Notes under the pieces: generated by a model | The model's input: the letters and a program-made list of their open reading frames with translations, nothing else | What the model was told of the DNA's origin: nothing | The model's database searches: none | Shown here: positions 10,236 to 28,035 of the stretch, piece after piece | Numbering within the stretch: the first letter of the stretch is position 1 | Layout of the letters: each line of letters opens with the position of its first letter | Position numbers and translations under genes: made by a program | Source of the DNA: an uncultured Gammaproteobacteria bacterium | Lineage (GTDB): Bacteria; Pseudomonadota; Gammaproteobacteria; Xanthomonadales; Rhodanobacteraceae | Reading direction: 5' to 3' | Assembly: GCA_963771235.1 (NCBI GenBank) | Contig: CAVYSP010000004.1 | Location: 89,621 to 153,620, forward strand | DNA length: 64,000 nt

Positions 10236-11336
10236 ATGCAATTCAGCATCCAACGCGAAGCTCTGCTCAAACCACTGCAGCAAGTGGTCGGCGTGGTCGA
10301 ACGCCGCCAGACGTTGCCGGTGCTGGCCAATCTGTTGTGCAGGGTGGACGGCGATACCGTCTCGCTGACGGGCACGGACCTGGAAGTGGAGATGGTCGCC
10401 ACCACGGAGGTCGAGAAGCCGGCCGATGGCGAGATCACCATTCCGGCGCGCAAGCTCTTCGACATCGTGCGCGCCTTGCCTGATGGCGCGCGGGTCGATC
10501 TCAAGCTGAATGGCGATCGCGTCGCCCTGAACGCCGGGCGCAGCCGCTTCACGCTGACCACGCTGCCGGCCAGCGAATTTCCCACTGTCGATCAGATCGA
10601 CGTGGTCGAGAAAGTCAGCCTGCCCGAAGAAGTCCTGCGCGACCTGATGGAGCGCACGGCGTTTGCGATGGCCAACCAGGACGTGCGCTATTACCTCAAC
10701 GGCATGCTGCTGGACCTGCAGGAGCACACCTTGCGCTGCGTGGCCACCGACGGCCACCGCCTGGCGATGAAGGAAACCGGGCTGCAAAGTTCGGTCAGCA
10801 CGCGGCGCCAGATCATCATTCCGCGCAAGGGCGTAAACGAGCTCATCGGCTTGCTGGAGAGCGGCGATGGTGAGGTGGAGCTGGAGTTCGGCCGCAACCA
10901 TCTGCGCGTGCGGCGCGGCAGCGTCACCTTCACCTCGAAACTCATCGACGGCCGCTTCCCGGATTACGAGGCAGTGATCCCGTTGGGTGCCGACAAGAGC
11001 GCCACCCTCGATCGTGAAGTGCTGCGGGGCGCGCTGCAGCGTGCGGCGATCCTGTCCAACGAGAAGTACCGGGGCGTCCGCCTGGAACTGTCGCCGGGCA
11101 AGCTGCGCATCGTGGCGCACAACCCGGAGCAGGAGGAGGCGGTGGAGGAAGTCGAGGCCGAGACCCATGTGTCCGATCTCGCGGTCGGCTTCAACGTGGG
11201 CTATTTGCTCGACGCGCTGGCGGCATTGCGTGGCGACAAGGCCCGTCTCAGCCTGCGTGACGCCCAGTCCAGTTGTCTGGTGCAGGAGCAGGACAACGAG
11301 CACTCCCGCCATGTGATCATGCCACTGCGGCTCTGA
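10236..11336 (+). CDS. dnaN: DNA polymerase III beta sliding clamp
   Basis: 366 aa, ERRQTLPVLAN, GTDLE, VATDGHRL, terminal IMPLRL. Confidence 0.99.
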   Translation: MQFSIQREALLKPLQQVVGVVERRQTLPVLANLLCRVDGDTVSLTGTDLEVEMVATTEVEKPADGEITIPARKLFDIVRALPDGARVDLKLNGDRVALNAGRSRFTLTTLPASEFPTVDQIDVVEKVSLPEEVLRDLMERTAFAMANQDVRYYLNGMLLDLQEHTLRCVATDGHRLAMKETGLQSSVSTRRQIIIPRKGVNELIGLLESGDGEVELEFGRNHLRVRRGSVTFTSKLIDGRFPDYEAVIPLGADKSATLDREVLRGALQRAAILSNEKYRGVRLELSPGKLRIVAHNPEQEEAVEEVEAETHVSDLAVGFNVGYLLDALAALRGDKARLSLRDAQSSCLVQEQDNEHSRHVIMPLRL

Positions 11337-11430
11337 CGCTCGCGGTGCCCGTCCACGCAGGTTGCCTGAGTCTGAAACGCCGGGATGTCCGTGAGGACCC
11401 CCGGCGTTGCCGTGTGTGCGGGGATCGCGC

Positions 11431-12510
11431 ATGAGACTGGAACAACTGCGGATCTGCGCCTTGCGTTGCCTCACCGACGTCAGCGTGGCGCTGGATCCGG
11501 CGATGAACGTTTTCGTGGGCGCCAATGGGGCCGGCAAGACCAGTGTGCTCGAGGCCGCTTTCCTGCTGTCGCACGCCCGCTCGTTCCGCAGCGGCGCCAG
11601 GGAGGCGCTGCTGCAGCGTGGCATGACGCAGATGTCGGTGTTTGCCCACGTGCATTGCGCGGATGGCCGTGCCAGTCGTTTGGGATTGGGCCGCGCCGGA
11701 GCGCGCTGGGAAGCCAGGATTGACGGCGAAAACGTGGCCATCGGTCAATTGGTGGGCGCCTGCGCGGTGGTCTGCTTCGAGCCCGGCACGCATGCCTTGA
11801 TCGCCGGGGCAGCCGAGGAGCGTCGCCGTTTTCTCGATTGGGGTGTGTTCCACGTGGAACACGAGTTTCTGGCCGGGTGGCGCCGCTACCAGCGCGCCTT
11901 GAAACAGCGCAACAGCTTGTTGCGCCTTGGCACCGCACCGACCGATGCCTTGTTCGAACCCTGGGAACGGGAGTTGGCCCAGGCCGCGCACCAGATCGAT
12001 CTGCAGCGACGCGCCTATCTGGACCTGCTGCGTCCGCGCTTGCAGTCCAGCATGGCGGGCCTGTTGCCCGAACTGGGCGCCGTGGAATTGCGTTACCGCC
12101 GTGGCTGGTCGGACGAACAGGATCTGGCTGGGCAACTGGCCGCCCAGCGGGGCAGGGATCTGGCGCGCGGGCACACCACGCTGGGCGTGCATCGTGCGGA
12201 CTGGTCGGTGTTGTTTGAACACGCGCCCCTGCGCGAACACCTTTCCCGGGGCCAGGAAAAACTCACCGCGCTGGCTTGCGTGCTGGCGCAGGCGGCGTTG
12301 TATGCCGAGCACCACGGAGAATGGCCGATCGTCTGCCTGGATGACCTCGCCTCGGAACTGGATCAGGACCACCAGGCGTCGGTGGTGGCCCAGTTGTTGA
12401 CCGCCCGCGCCCAGATCCTGCTCACCGGAACCGAGCTGCCGCTGGCCTTGCGCCAAGTGCCGGCGCGGGTGTTCCACGTGGAACAAGGCGCCCTGACGCG
12501 CCTGCTATAA
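11431..12510 (+). CDS. recF: DNA replication/repair protein RecF
   Basis: GANGAGKTSVLEA, RRRFLDW, LSRGQEK, LDDLASELD; dnaN-recF-gyrB synteny. Confidence 0.98.
   Translation: MRLEQLRICALRCLTDVSVALDPAMNVFVGANGAGKTSVLEAAFLLSHARSFRSGAREALLQRGMTQMSVFAHVHCADGRASRLGLGRAGARWEARIDGENVAIGQLVGACAVVCFEPGTHALIAGAAEERRRFLDWGVFHVEHEFLAGWRRYQRALKQRNSLLRLGTAPTDALFEPWERELAQAAHQIDLQRRAYLDLLRPRLQSSMAGLLPELGAVELRYRRGWSDEQDLAGQLAAQRGRDLARGHTTLGVHRADWSVLFEHAPLREHLSRGQEKLTALACVLAQAALYAEHHGEWPIVCLDDLASELDQDHQASVVAQLLTARAQILLTGTELPLALRQVPARVFHVEQGALTRLL
11846..11861. promoter_or_regulatory. parS centromere site 1 (inside recF)
   Basis: Perfect palindrome TGTTCCACGTGGAACA matching the ParB parS consensus, ~1.7 kb from oriC. 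Confidence 0.9.
12470..12485. promoter_or_regulatory. parS centromere site 2 (recF 3' end)
   Basis: Second identical TGTTCCACGTGGAACA. Confidence 0.9.
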
Positions 12511-12511
12511 T
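12503..12511 (+). promoter_or_regulatory. Extended -10 element of putative gyrB promoter
   Basis: TGCTATAAT overlapping the recF stop, ~95 bp upstream of gyrB ATG. Confidence 0.6.
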
Positions 12512-12513
12512 GA

Positions 12514-15054
<2,541 letters not shown>

Positions 15055-15177
15055 GCGCGACCCCGGCCGTTCTCCCGCTTGCTGACCCGACCGGGCCAGC
15101 AAGCGGGGCCACACCTCGTCAGACGCAGGCTCACTCCGGACCAGCGTGCGAATCTTCCCCGATCCGTTCTTTCTTCA

Positions 15178-15190
15178 CAAGTTGTTGATT
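15178..15190 (-). promoter_or_regulatory. IHF consensus site upstream of TPR-tonB-exbBD cluster
   Basis: AATCAACAACTTG on minus strand = exact WATCAANNNNTTR. Confidence 0.55.
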
Positions 15191-15302
15191 TTACTAAAAC
15201 TTTCGTGACGCACTGCGACTTGTTATCTGCATGCCGATCGAGTTACGCTCCCAAACTTGTTGTGTGCGCAACATCGTGCACCGACCCTGATCGAGGATCA
15301 CC

Positions 15303-16586
15303 ATGAAGCCTATTCGTGCGTTCACCATCCTGGCCTGCGCGGCCTTCGTGCTCGGTCTGGCCAGTACGCCGGTGCTGGCGAAGCGCGCCGATAATGCCAA
15401 GCAGGCGACGGAATACCCCGACAGCACGCGCCAGGCACCCAAGCTGGACCTGACCAGCGAGAAAGAGCAGAAGGAGATCCAGGAGGGGCTGGATGCCATC
15501 AACAAGGGTGACATGGCCACCGGCCAAACCACCCTGCAGGGCGTGCTCGACAAGAGCAAGAGCAAATATGCCCAGGCAATCGCGCTGCGTGGTCTGGCAT
15601 TGATCAAATACCGCGCGGCTGACTACAAGGGGGCGATCGCACTGCTGCAGAAGGCCTTGGCGAACGGCGTTTTGCCGAATGACGATTATTTCGCCGTGGA
15701 ATACATGCTGGCGGTTTCGCAGCAGGCCGATGGGCAATACCAGGCCTCGCTGGATACGATCAGCAAGTGGCGTGCCGACGGCAAGAAGGAAACCGCCGAA
15801 TCCTATGCGGTCGAGGCCAACGATTACTATCACCTGAAGAAGTATCCCGAAGCCATCGCGGCGGTGAAAAAGGCGAAATCACTGAGCAGCAAACCGGACC
15901 CCCAGTGGGACCAGATCCTCATGGCGAGTTACTCGGCCTCGGGCCAAGGCAGCCAGCTGGTGCAGGCCGCTCAACAGAATCTCGCCGCCCATCCGGATGA
16001 TCCCGAAGCGTTGAACACCGCGATCCAGGCCCTGCAGCAGGCGCAGAAATACCCGGAGGCCATCAAGTTGATGGAGGACGCGCGGGCCAAGGGTCAGCTG
16101 ACCGGCGAGGCGAACTACGTGCTGCTGGCATCGCTGTACTACAACCAGGCGCTTTCCAGCGACGATCCGAAGCCGACGGCGAACAAGGCCGTGGCGACCA
16201 TCAATGAAGGCATCAGCAAGGGCATCATGCAGGCGGACGCCAAGAACGAAGTGTTGCTGGGCAAGGCGGAATATGTGGCCGGCAACATGACGGCCGCCAG
16301 GCAAGCCTTCGACAAGGCGCTGCCGCTGGCAACCGACGGCGAGCCAGCGTTGCAGATCGCCAACCTGGAACTGACCGATGGCAAGTACAGCCAGGCGAAA
16401 ACCATGGTCAACACCGCGATCAGCAAAGGCGTAAAGCAGAAGGGCAATGCCTATCTGGTGCTGGCCGAGGCCGAACGTGGCTTGCACAACAAGGCGGGGC
16501 GGATTGCTGCGTTGAAGATGGCCGCCCAGGAGCCGGAATCCGCCGAGCATGCGAAGGAGCTTCTGAAGAAGCTGGGCGCCTCCTGA
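15303..16586 (+). CDS. Secreted tetratricopeptide-repeat protein
   Basis: Signal peptide, Ala/Tyr/Lys-rich helical repeats (YPEAIAAVKKA, YPEAIKLMEDA); located upstream of tonB. Confidence 0.8.
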   Translation: MKPIRAFTILACAAFVLGLASTPVLAKRADNAKQATEYPDSTRQAPKLDLTSEKEQKEIQEGLDAINKGDMATGQTTLQGVLDKSKSKYAQAIALRGLALIKYRAADYKGAIALLQKALANGVLPNDDYFAVEYMLAVSQQADGQYQASLDTISKWRADGKKETAESYAVEANDYYHLKKYPEAIAAVKKAKSLSSKPDPQWDQILMASYSASGQGSQLVQAAQQNLAAHPDDPEALNTAIQALQQAQKYPEAIKLMEDARAKGQLTGEANYVLLASLYYNQALSSDDPKPTANKAVATINEGISKGIMQADAKNEVLLGKAEYVAGNMTAARQAFDKALPLATDGEPALQIANLELTDGKYSQAKTMVNTAISKGVKQKGNAYLVLAEAERGLHNKAGRIAALKMAAQEPESAEHAKELLKKLGAS

Positions 16587-16812
16587 GCATCGCCGATGAC
16601 CCCGGCTGTCTCCCGCGCTGGAACATGAAACGTCGTCTCCAACTCGCGCGGGATCTATACAAAAGTCATGGTGTGTTGTACCGTTGAAAACCTTTCCCTG
16701 CGTCCGCTCGGCAGCGAACTTTTACCAGGAACCTTCCAGTCGTCCAGAAGGCTCCGGGGTATGTTGTGCGGCGACGCGGCCTTCCGATTGTTCAGCTTCC
16801 AGATAGTGACAG

Positions 16813-17466
<654 letters not shown>

Positions 17467-17565
17467 GACTTCTCCACGGCCAGCACAATTCAACTCCAAC
17501 CCGCTGTAATCCGGATACAGTCGATTACAGTTACAGTTCACGCTTGACTTTCCTAGGGTAGCGTT

Positions 17566-18318
17566 ATGTTTCTACAAACTCCTGCAGCAACCGGCAACAC
17601 CAACGCCGAAGCCATGAAGCAGATGGGCTTCCAGAACCTGATGCAGAACTTCGACTGGCTCGGCTGGGTGGTCTTCGTCACCCTCGTCGCGATGTCGTTC
17701 CTGTCCTGGTACTTCATCATCGCCAACGGCATCCGCAACGCCACCGTGAAAGCCCGCGCCGACAAAGTCATCGACGGTTTCTGGGGCAACGCGTCCACCC
17801 AAGACGCGATCCGCGACCTGGAAGCGCAGCCCAAGAGCGAGCCGTTCTCGAAGATCGCGCTGGAGGCTGCCTCCGCGGTGGCTCACCACCAGCAGGCGAC
17901 GGCGGGTACCACGGGTCGTCTGGCCGAATCGCTCAGCCGCTCGGAGTTCATTGATCGCGCCCTGCGTCAGGCCGTGGCTCGCGAGAGCATGCGCCTGGAA
18001 GGCGGCATGACGCTGCTCGCCACGGTCGGTTCTGCGGCACCGTTCGTCGGTCTGCTCGGTACCGTGTGGGGCATTTACCACGCCCTGATCGGCATCGCCG
18101 CCACCGGCAACGCCTCGATGAACGCCGTGGCCGGTCCGGTCGGCGAAGCGCTGATCATGACCGCGTTCGGTCTGTTCGCCGCCATCCCCGCACTGTTCGC
18201 CTACAACTTCTTCAACCGCTCGAATCGCGTGGTCTATGCCCGCTTCGACGAGTTCGCGAACGACCTGCACGACTTCTTTGCGACCGGTTCGCGCATCGAA
18301 AGCGATGTGAGGGTCTGA
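17566..18318 (+). CDS. exbB: MotA/TolQ/ExbB proton channel protein
   Basis: LATVGSAAPFVGLLGTVWGI, GEALIMTAFGLFAAIPA. Confidence 0.95.
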   Translation: MFLQTPAATGNTNAEAMKQMGFQNLMQNFDWLGWVVFVTLVAMSFLSWYFIIANGIRNATVKARADKVIDGFWGNASTQDAIRDLEAQPKSEPFSKIALEAASAVAHHQQATAGTTGRLAESLSRSEFIDRALRQAVARESMRLEGGMTLLATVGSAAPFVGLLGTVWGIYHALIGIAATGNASMNAVAGPVGEALIMTAFGLFAAIPALFAYNFFNRSNRVVYARFDEFANDLHDFFATGSRIESDVRV

Positions 18319-18321
18319 CCC

Positions 18322-18744
18322 ATGTCCGTAAGTCTAGGCGGCGATTCCAGTGGCCCAATGTCGGAAATCAACGTCACGCCGCTGGTCGACGTGATGCTGG
18401 TTTTGCTGATCATCTTCATGATCACGGCACCACTGATGTCGCATTCCATCACGATTGAGCTGCCCATCGCGAATCCGAACGCCAAGACTCCGGATGCCAA
18501 GACGCCACCACTGGATCTGGCCATCAAGCTGGATGGAAGCATGTATTTCGACGATCACGCAGTCACGGATGCGGAGCTGCGTGCCAAGTTGCTGGTGGAA
18601 GCCCAGCGCACGCCGCAACCCCAGCTGCAGATCCGGGCAGATCGCGAAGTGCAATTCATGGTGGTGAAGAAGATCATCAATGACGCGAAGGCTTCCGGTA
18701 TGGTGCACGTCGCTTTCATGACCACCGACGCGCCCAAGGGATAG
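18322..18744 (+). CDS. exbD: Biopolymer transporter ExbD (first copy)
   Basis: EINVTPLVDVMLVLLIIFMITAP. Confidence 0.95.
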   Translation: MSVSLGGDSSGPMSEINVTPLVDVMLVLLIIFMITAPLMSHSITIELPIANPNAKTPDAKTPPLDLAIKLDGSMYFDDHAVTDAELRAKLLVEAQRTPQPQLQIRADREVQFMVVKKIINDAKASGMVHVAFMTTDAPKG

Positions 18745-18750
18745 CTCAAG

Positions 18751-19161
18751 ATGGCGATTTCAACCAAAAGCAGCGGAGCGATGGCGGAGATCAACGTCAC
18801 GCCGCTCGTCGACGTGCTCCTGGTGCTGCTGATCATCTTCATGATTACCGCGCCGATCCTGGCGCACAAGATCGAGGTCGATCTGCCGCAACCGAACACG
18901 AATACCCCGCCGCCGGTCAATCCGCCGACGCCGGTCAATCTGAAGATCGATCAGAGCGGCGCGTTCTACTGGAACGGTACGCCGGTCGACGAGCTGGGTC
19001 TGAAGGCGCAGCTGGCGGTGATCGGCCAGCAAGCGCTGAACAACCAGCCGGAGATCCAGATCGCCGCCGATGATCATGTCGCCTATGAATATGTGGCCCG
19101 GGTGCTGGCAGACGCCAAGAGCTACAACCTGGTCAAGATCGGTTTCAGCGAGGCGCGGTAA
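18751..19161 (+). CDS. exbD: Biopolymer transporter ExbD (second copy)
   Basis: EINVTPLVDVLLVLLIIFMITAP. Confidence 0.95.
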   Translation: MAISTKSSGAMAEINVTPLVDVLLVLLIIFMITAPILAHKIEVDLPQPNTNTPPPVNPPTPVNLKIDQSGAFYWNGTPVDELGLKAQLAVIGQQALNNQPEIQIAADDHVAYEYVARVLADAKSYNLVKIGFSEAR

Positions 19162-19201
19162 CGGCTGTTTACCCTCGCGACAGTGCCTGTGACTGTCCTG
19201 A

Positions 19202-19235
19202 CAAAGGCCCCGCTCTGGCGGGGCCTTTGCTTTTT
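19202..19235 (+). terminator. Rho-independent terminator after exbD2
   Basis: CAAAGGCCCCGC-TCTG-GCGGGGCCTTTG followed by CTTTTT. Confidence 0.88.
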
Positions 19236-19385
19236 GAATGCGTGTCGAGTGGTCCTTCGCGAAATTCGGACACCAGGCTCGCCATCGGGCCAACGGCATC
19301 AGACGTGCCTGCCCGGCGGCGGGCGGCAAGCGTGCTCAGCGGCGCGGACCGCGGGCAGGCGGGTGGTGAAGCTCGGCAGTTCTCA

Positions 19386-19628
19386 GAGTCTGTGAAGAAA
19401 ACCACTTCCTGTGGTTTTCTTTTATCGCGCGTCCGGTACACGCCCGGACGCGCTCACGCGAATCAGTCACTTGCGTGACCGATCCGCGACCGGCCATCGG
19501 GCAACTGCTCCTGCGTTGCCTCAACTCGGGCATCGGGCAACCGCTCCTGCGTTGCCTCAACTCGGGCATCCATGCCCTCGCCATGCCCTCGCCATGGCCG
19601 GACTGAGAGGTTGAAAACTCGCAACCTC
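19386..19628 (-). mobile_element. MITE-like structured repeat, copy 1
   Basis: Reverse-complement homologue of 27700-27954 and 45077-45295; flanked by TCA on both sides; two 36-bp internal units. Confidence 0.75.
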
Positions 19629-20372
19629 TCAGCGCAGGATCTGCAGGTAGTTGCGCACGCTCGTCGCCAGGCCTTCGTACAAGGCCTCTCCAATCAGCGC
19701 GTGGCCAATCGAGACCTCGGCCAGGCCGGGGATGGCGGCCTTGAACGTGCCCAGGTTGGCCTGGCTCAGATCATGTCCGGCGTTCACGGCCAGCCCGGCC
19801 TGTTGCGCCCGTCGCGCGGTGTCGGCGCAGGCCGCCAGTTCCGGAGCGGGAGACCCATCCGCGAAGGCCTTGGCGTAGGGACCGGTGTAGATCTCGATAC
19901 GCTGCACGCCGATGACGGCGGCGAGCTGAAAATCCTGGCTGCGGGCATCCACGAACAGGCTGACCCGACAGCCGAGTTCACACAATTCAGCCACCAATGG
20001 ACGCAGGCGGCCAATATCCTGGCGCAGGTCGAAGCCGTGGTCGGAAGTGATTTGATCATCGCCATCCGGCACCAAGGTCACCTGGGTGGGCCTGACCCGG
20101 CGCGCCAGCTCGGCCAGGCCCGGGTAGTCGCCGCGCGCCTCGGCGAACGGGTTGCCTTCGAGGTTGTATTCAACGCGACCGCGCAACATCGTTGCCAGCG
20201 CGTACACGTCGGACGGGCGCACGTGCCGTTGATCCGGACGCGGGTGCACGGTGATGCCGCCGCAGCCGGCCTCGATGCACGTCTGCGCGGCGCGGCAAAT
20301 GTCCGGTTCACTGCCGCCCCGCGAATTGCGCAATACGGCGATCTTGTTGAGGTTGACGCTGAGCAGGGTCAT
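19629..20372 (-). CDS. pdxJ: Pyridoxine 5'-phosphate synthase
   Basis: [49 protein letters not shown]. Confidence 0.96.
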   Translation of the reverse strand: MTLLSVNLNKIAVLRNSRGGSEPDICRAAQTCIEAGCGGITVHPRPDQRHVRPSDVYALATMLRGRVEYNLEGNPFAEARGDYPGLAELARRVRPTQVTLVPDGDDQITSDHGFDLRQDIGRLRPLVAELCELGCRVSLFVDARSQDFQLAAVIGVQRIEIYTGPYAKAFADGSPAPELAACADTARRAQQAGLAVNAGHDLSQANLGTFKAAIPGLAEVSIGHALIGEALYEGLATSVRNYLQILR

Positions 20373-20628
20373 GGCGGTTGCAGTCCGGGTGGCGATGCAT
20401 GCGGCAAGGCGGTGCTCAAGACTCACACCCACCATCATCGAAAAAGGCTGCCGCTCCGAGGTGTTGAATGCGCTTCTCGCGCCAAGCGGAAAAGCAGGCG
20501 GTCAGCGCGTTGGAAATGGTGGAGCTGGCTCGAATCGTCTGAACGTCATCCAGTGAATCAACGAACCGCGCGCCGCCAAATCACCCACGAGGCGCGGCGC
20601 GGCCGGCCCGCCGGTGACAGTGCACCGA

Positions 20629-21315
20629 TCATTCGGCGCTGGCAAGCGATCGGATTTCAACCGTGCGTGGTGGCCCGCGCCAGGCCAGGGCGGCGATCAG
20701 GTTCGGCGCGACGGCAAGACGTTGCAACTGCCACGCCGCGGTGTCTTCCCCGTCGAAATGCAGCAGGCGCAGCCGCTCCGGTGTGCTGAGAACGCGCAGT
20801 CGCTGCAAGCCGTAACTGATGCCGTGCCCATGTGCCTTGAGCACCGCCTCCTTCGCCGTCCACAGCTCGAGGAAGGCCGTAGCGCGAGCCTCCTCGGGGA
20901 GCGCGGCCAGCGACTCCGCCTCGTCGCTGTCGAAGAATCGGCGGGCGATCGGCAAGGCGCGCGGTCGCGGGCGCCGGCGCTCGAGGTCGATGCCGGGTGC
21001 GATGCCACGGGCGATGGCGATCAGCGCGTGCGCGCCGCTGTGCGACCAGTTGAAATCCAGTCCCGAACGGTCACGGGAATCGATTTGCGGTCGGCCATGC
21101 GGCCCCTCCGTCAGTGTCACCTCGCTCGCCTCGACACCGAGGTAAGCCGCCAGGATTTCCAGCAAGGGTTGTCGCCCCTGCGCTTTTTCATAGTCGAGCG
21201 ACCACACGTGGATCGCGTGGTCATCCAGCCCATCGGCGAGTTCGACCGGGCTTTGGGAGTGCGTGTCGATCACCGGTGCATGGTGCCGCGGCCAGCGTGC
21301 GTGTACAAGCGCCAC
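20629..21315 (-). CDS. Sfp/HetI-type 4'-phosphopantetheinyl transferase (start uncertain)
   Basis: [29 protein letters not shown] motifs. Confidence 0.9.
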   Translation of the reverse strand: MALVHARWPRHHAPVIDTHSQSPVELADGLDDHAIHVWSLDYEKAQGRQPLLEILAAYLGVEASEVTLTEGPHGRPQIDSRDRSGLDFNWSHSGAHALIAIARGIAPGIDLERRRPRPRALPIARRFFDSDEAESLAALPEEARATAFLELWTAKEAVLKAHGHGISYGLQRLRVLSTPERLRLLHFDGEDTAAWQLQRLAVAPNLIAALAWRGPPRTVEIRSLASAE

Positions 21316-21334
21316 GTCCGGTCCGCCGACCCGG

Positions 21335-22792
21335 TCAACGTGGCAGGCTCGACGTGCCCATCAGGAATTCGTCGACGGCGTGGGCGCATTGGCGTCCTTC
21401 CCGGATCGCCCAGACCACCAACGACTGGCCACGGCGCATGTCGCCCGCGGCGAACACCTTGTCGACGCTGGTGCGATAGCTCGCGTCGCCCTCGGTGGTT
21501 GCGCCGGCGTTGCCACGTACGTCCCTGTCTACGCCGAATGCGTCCAGCACGGCGTGCCTCGGCGAGACAAAGCCCATCGCCAGCAGCACCAGGTCTGCCT
21601 GCACCTCGAAATCGCTGCCGGGCAATTCGCTCATCTTGCCGTCTTTCCACTGCAGCCGCACGGCGGTAAGACTACGCACCCGTCCCTTGCCGTCGTCGTT
21701 GAAACACTTGGTGGCCACCGCCCAGTCGCGCCTGCAACCCTCTTCGTGGGAACTGGAGGTGCGCAGCCGGATCGGCCAGTACGGCCACGTCAGCGGCTTG
21801 TTCTCCTGCTTCGGGGGTTGCGACAACAACTCGAACTGGGTGACTGCCGCGGCACCCTGCCGCGTCGAGGTACCCACGCAATCCGAGCCGGTGTCGCCAC
21901 CGCCGATCACCACCACCTGTTTGTCGGTGGCCAGGATCTGCTGCGACAGCACGTCCCCGGCAACGATCCGATTCTGTTGCGGCAGGAACTCCATCGCGAA
22001 ATGCACACCGTCCAGCGCGCGTCCCGGCAGTGGCAGGTCGCGTGGTGTTTCCGAGCCTCCGGCCAAAACCACCGCGTCGAACTCTTGCCGCAGCTGGGCC
22101 GGCGTGACTGCCGCCCCGTCGCCGGGAGCGTCGATGACCGAGCCCACGAAAACGCTGGTGCGGAACTGCACTCCCTCGGCGCGCATCTGCTCGATCCGGC
22201 GATCGATATGCCCTTTTTGCAACTTGAAGTCGGGGATGCCGTAACGCAGCAGGCCGCCGATGCGGTCGTTCTTCTCGAACACCGTCACCGCGTGACCCGC
22301 CCGGGCCAGTTGCTGCGCCGTCGCCAGGCCCGCCGGGCCGGAGCCGACCACGGCCACTTTCCAGCCCGTCAGGCGCGTTGGTGGCTGCGGCTGTACCCAG
22401 CCTTCCTCCCAGGCCTTGTCGATGATCTTGTGCTCGATCGACTTGATCCCCACCGCATCATCGTTGATGTTCAACGTGCATGCAGCCTCGCAGGGCGCCG
22501 GGCAGATGCGGCCGGTGAACTCGGGGAAATTGTTGGTCGAATGCAGTACCTCGATCGCGTGCTTCCAGTCCTGGCGGTAGACCAGGTCGTTGAAGTCGGG
22601 AATGATGTTGTTGACCGGGCAACCGTTGTGGCAGTACGGGATGCCGCAATCCATGCAACGTGCGGCCTGTGTCTTTGCCTCGCTGTCGTTCAACTGCGCG
22701 GTGAATTCGCGCCAGTGCTGCTTGCGCTGGCTCGGCGCTTCGCTGGTCTCCTGCACCCGCGGGTATTCGAGGAAGCCGGTGATCTTGCCCAT
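21335..22792 (-). CDS. gltD: Glutamate synthase small subunit
   Basis: [50 protein letters not shown]. Confidence 0.97.
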   Translation of the reverse strand: MGKITGFLEYPRVQETSEAPSQRKQHWREFTAQLNDSEAKTQAARCMDCGIPYCHNGCPVNNIIPDFNDLVYRQDWKHAIEVLHSTNNFPEFTGRICPAPCEAACTLNINDDAVGIKSIEHKIIDKAWEEGWVQPQPPTRLTGWKVAVVGSGPAGLATAQQLARAGHAVTVFEKNDRIGGLLRYGIPDFKLQKGHIDRRIEQMRAEGVQFRTSVFVGSVIDAPGDGAAVTPAQLRQEFDAVVLAGGSETPRDLPLPGRALDGVHFAMEFLPQQNRIVAGDVLSQQILATDKQVVVIGGGDTGSDCVGTSTRQGAAAVTQFELLSQPPKQENKPLTWPYWPIRLRTSSSHEEGCRRDWAVATKCFNDDGKGRVRSLTAVRLQWKDGKMSELPGSDFEVQADLVLLAMGFVSPRHAVLDAFGVDRDVRGNAGATTEGDASYRTSVDKVFAAGDMRRGQSLVVWAIREGRQCAHAVDEFLMGTSSLPR

Positions 22793-22813
22793 GATTGATC
22801 TCCTCGAGCCGAC

Positions 22814-27512
<4,699 letters not shown>

Positions 27513-27545
27513 GGTTCCGGGTTCCCGAAACGTGAGGGTGTCTCG

Positions 27546-27575
27546 ACTATAGTGCGTCGCAACAAAAATATGCAA
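27546..27575 (-). promoter_or_regulatory. Putative sigma70 promoter of gltBD
   Basis: TTGCAT-18 bp-TATAGT on minus strand upstream of gltB. Confidence 0.5.
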
Positions 27576-27699
27576 GCAAAATCAAATGGACGTCTATAAG
27601 GCTGTATGAACAGTCATGAAAGTGACTGAAAAAGCAGCCGCATCAACCTTCCTGAGCTGTCAGGCGGAGGGAAAGACGCGCGGGGCGCTGCTGTGCTGA

Positions 27700-27954
27700 G
27701 AATTTGTGAATTTCTCAACCTCTCAGTCCGGCCAAGGCGAGGACATGGCGAGGGCATGGCGAGGGCATGGATGCCCGAGTTGAGGCAACGCAGGAGCGGT
27801 TGCCCGATGCCCGAGTTGAGGCAACGCAGGAGCAGTTGCCCGATGGCCGGTCGCGAGTCGGTCACGCAAGTGACGGATTCGCGTGAACGCGTGCGGCCAC
27901 GTACCGGAGGAGCGATGGAGGAAAACCACAGGAGGTGGTCTTCTTCACAGGCTC
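27700..27954 (+). mobile_element. MITE-like structured repeat, copy 2
   Basis: Flanked by TGA at 27697-27699 and 27955-27957; 11-bp ATGGCGAGGRC tandem units, two 36-bp units, several hairpins. Confidence 0.75.
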
Positions 27955-28035
27955 TGACACTTCCCGATCTCGTCAAGACACGGGCCCTCTGCTAGCGTGC
28001 GTGGGGGGAACGACCTTGGCAACGGGGACGACAAA

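Noticed and set aside
18322..19161. Duplicated exbD as a novelty
   Set aside because: tonB-exbB-exbD1-exbD2 next to gyrB is the usual Xanthomonadales arrangement.
19497..19572. 36-bp repeats with an internal hairpin as a CRISPR array
   Set aside because: Units are directly tandem with no spacers, at most two per locus, and no cas genes are in the window.
20629..21315. PPTase as a marker of an NRPS/PKS cluster
   Set aside because: No carrier-protein, NRPS or PKS genes nearby; a stand-alone Sfp/HetI-type gene is common in this group.
27614..27995. Small ORFs overlapping the repeat element (also 19336-19693 and 45099-45408)
   Set aside because: They are translations of the repeat, differ among copies and show no transposase motifs.
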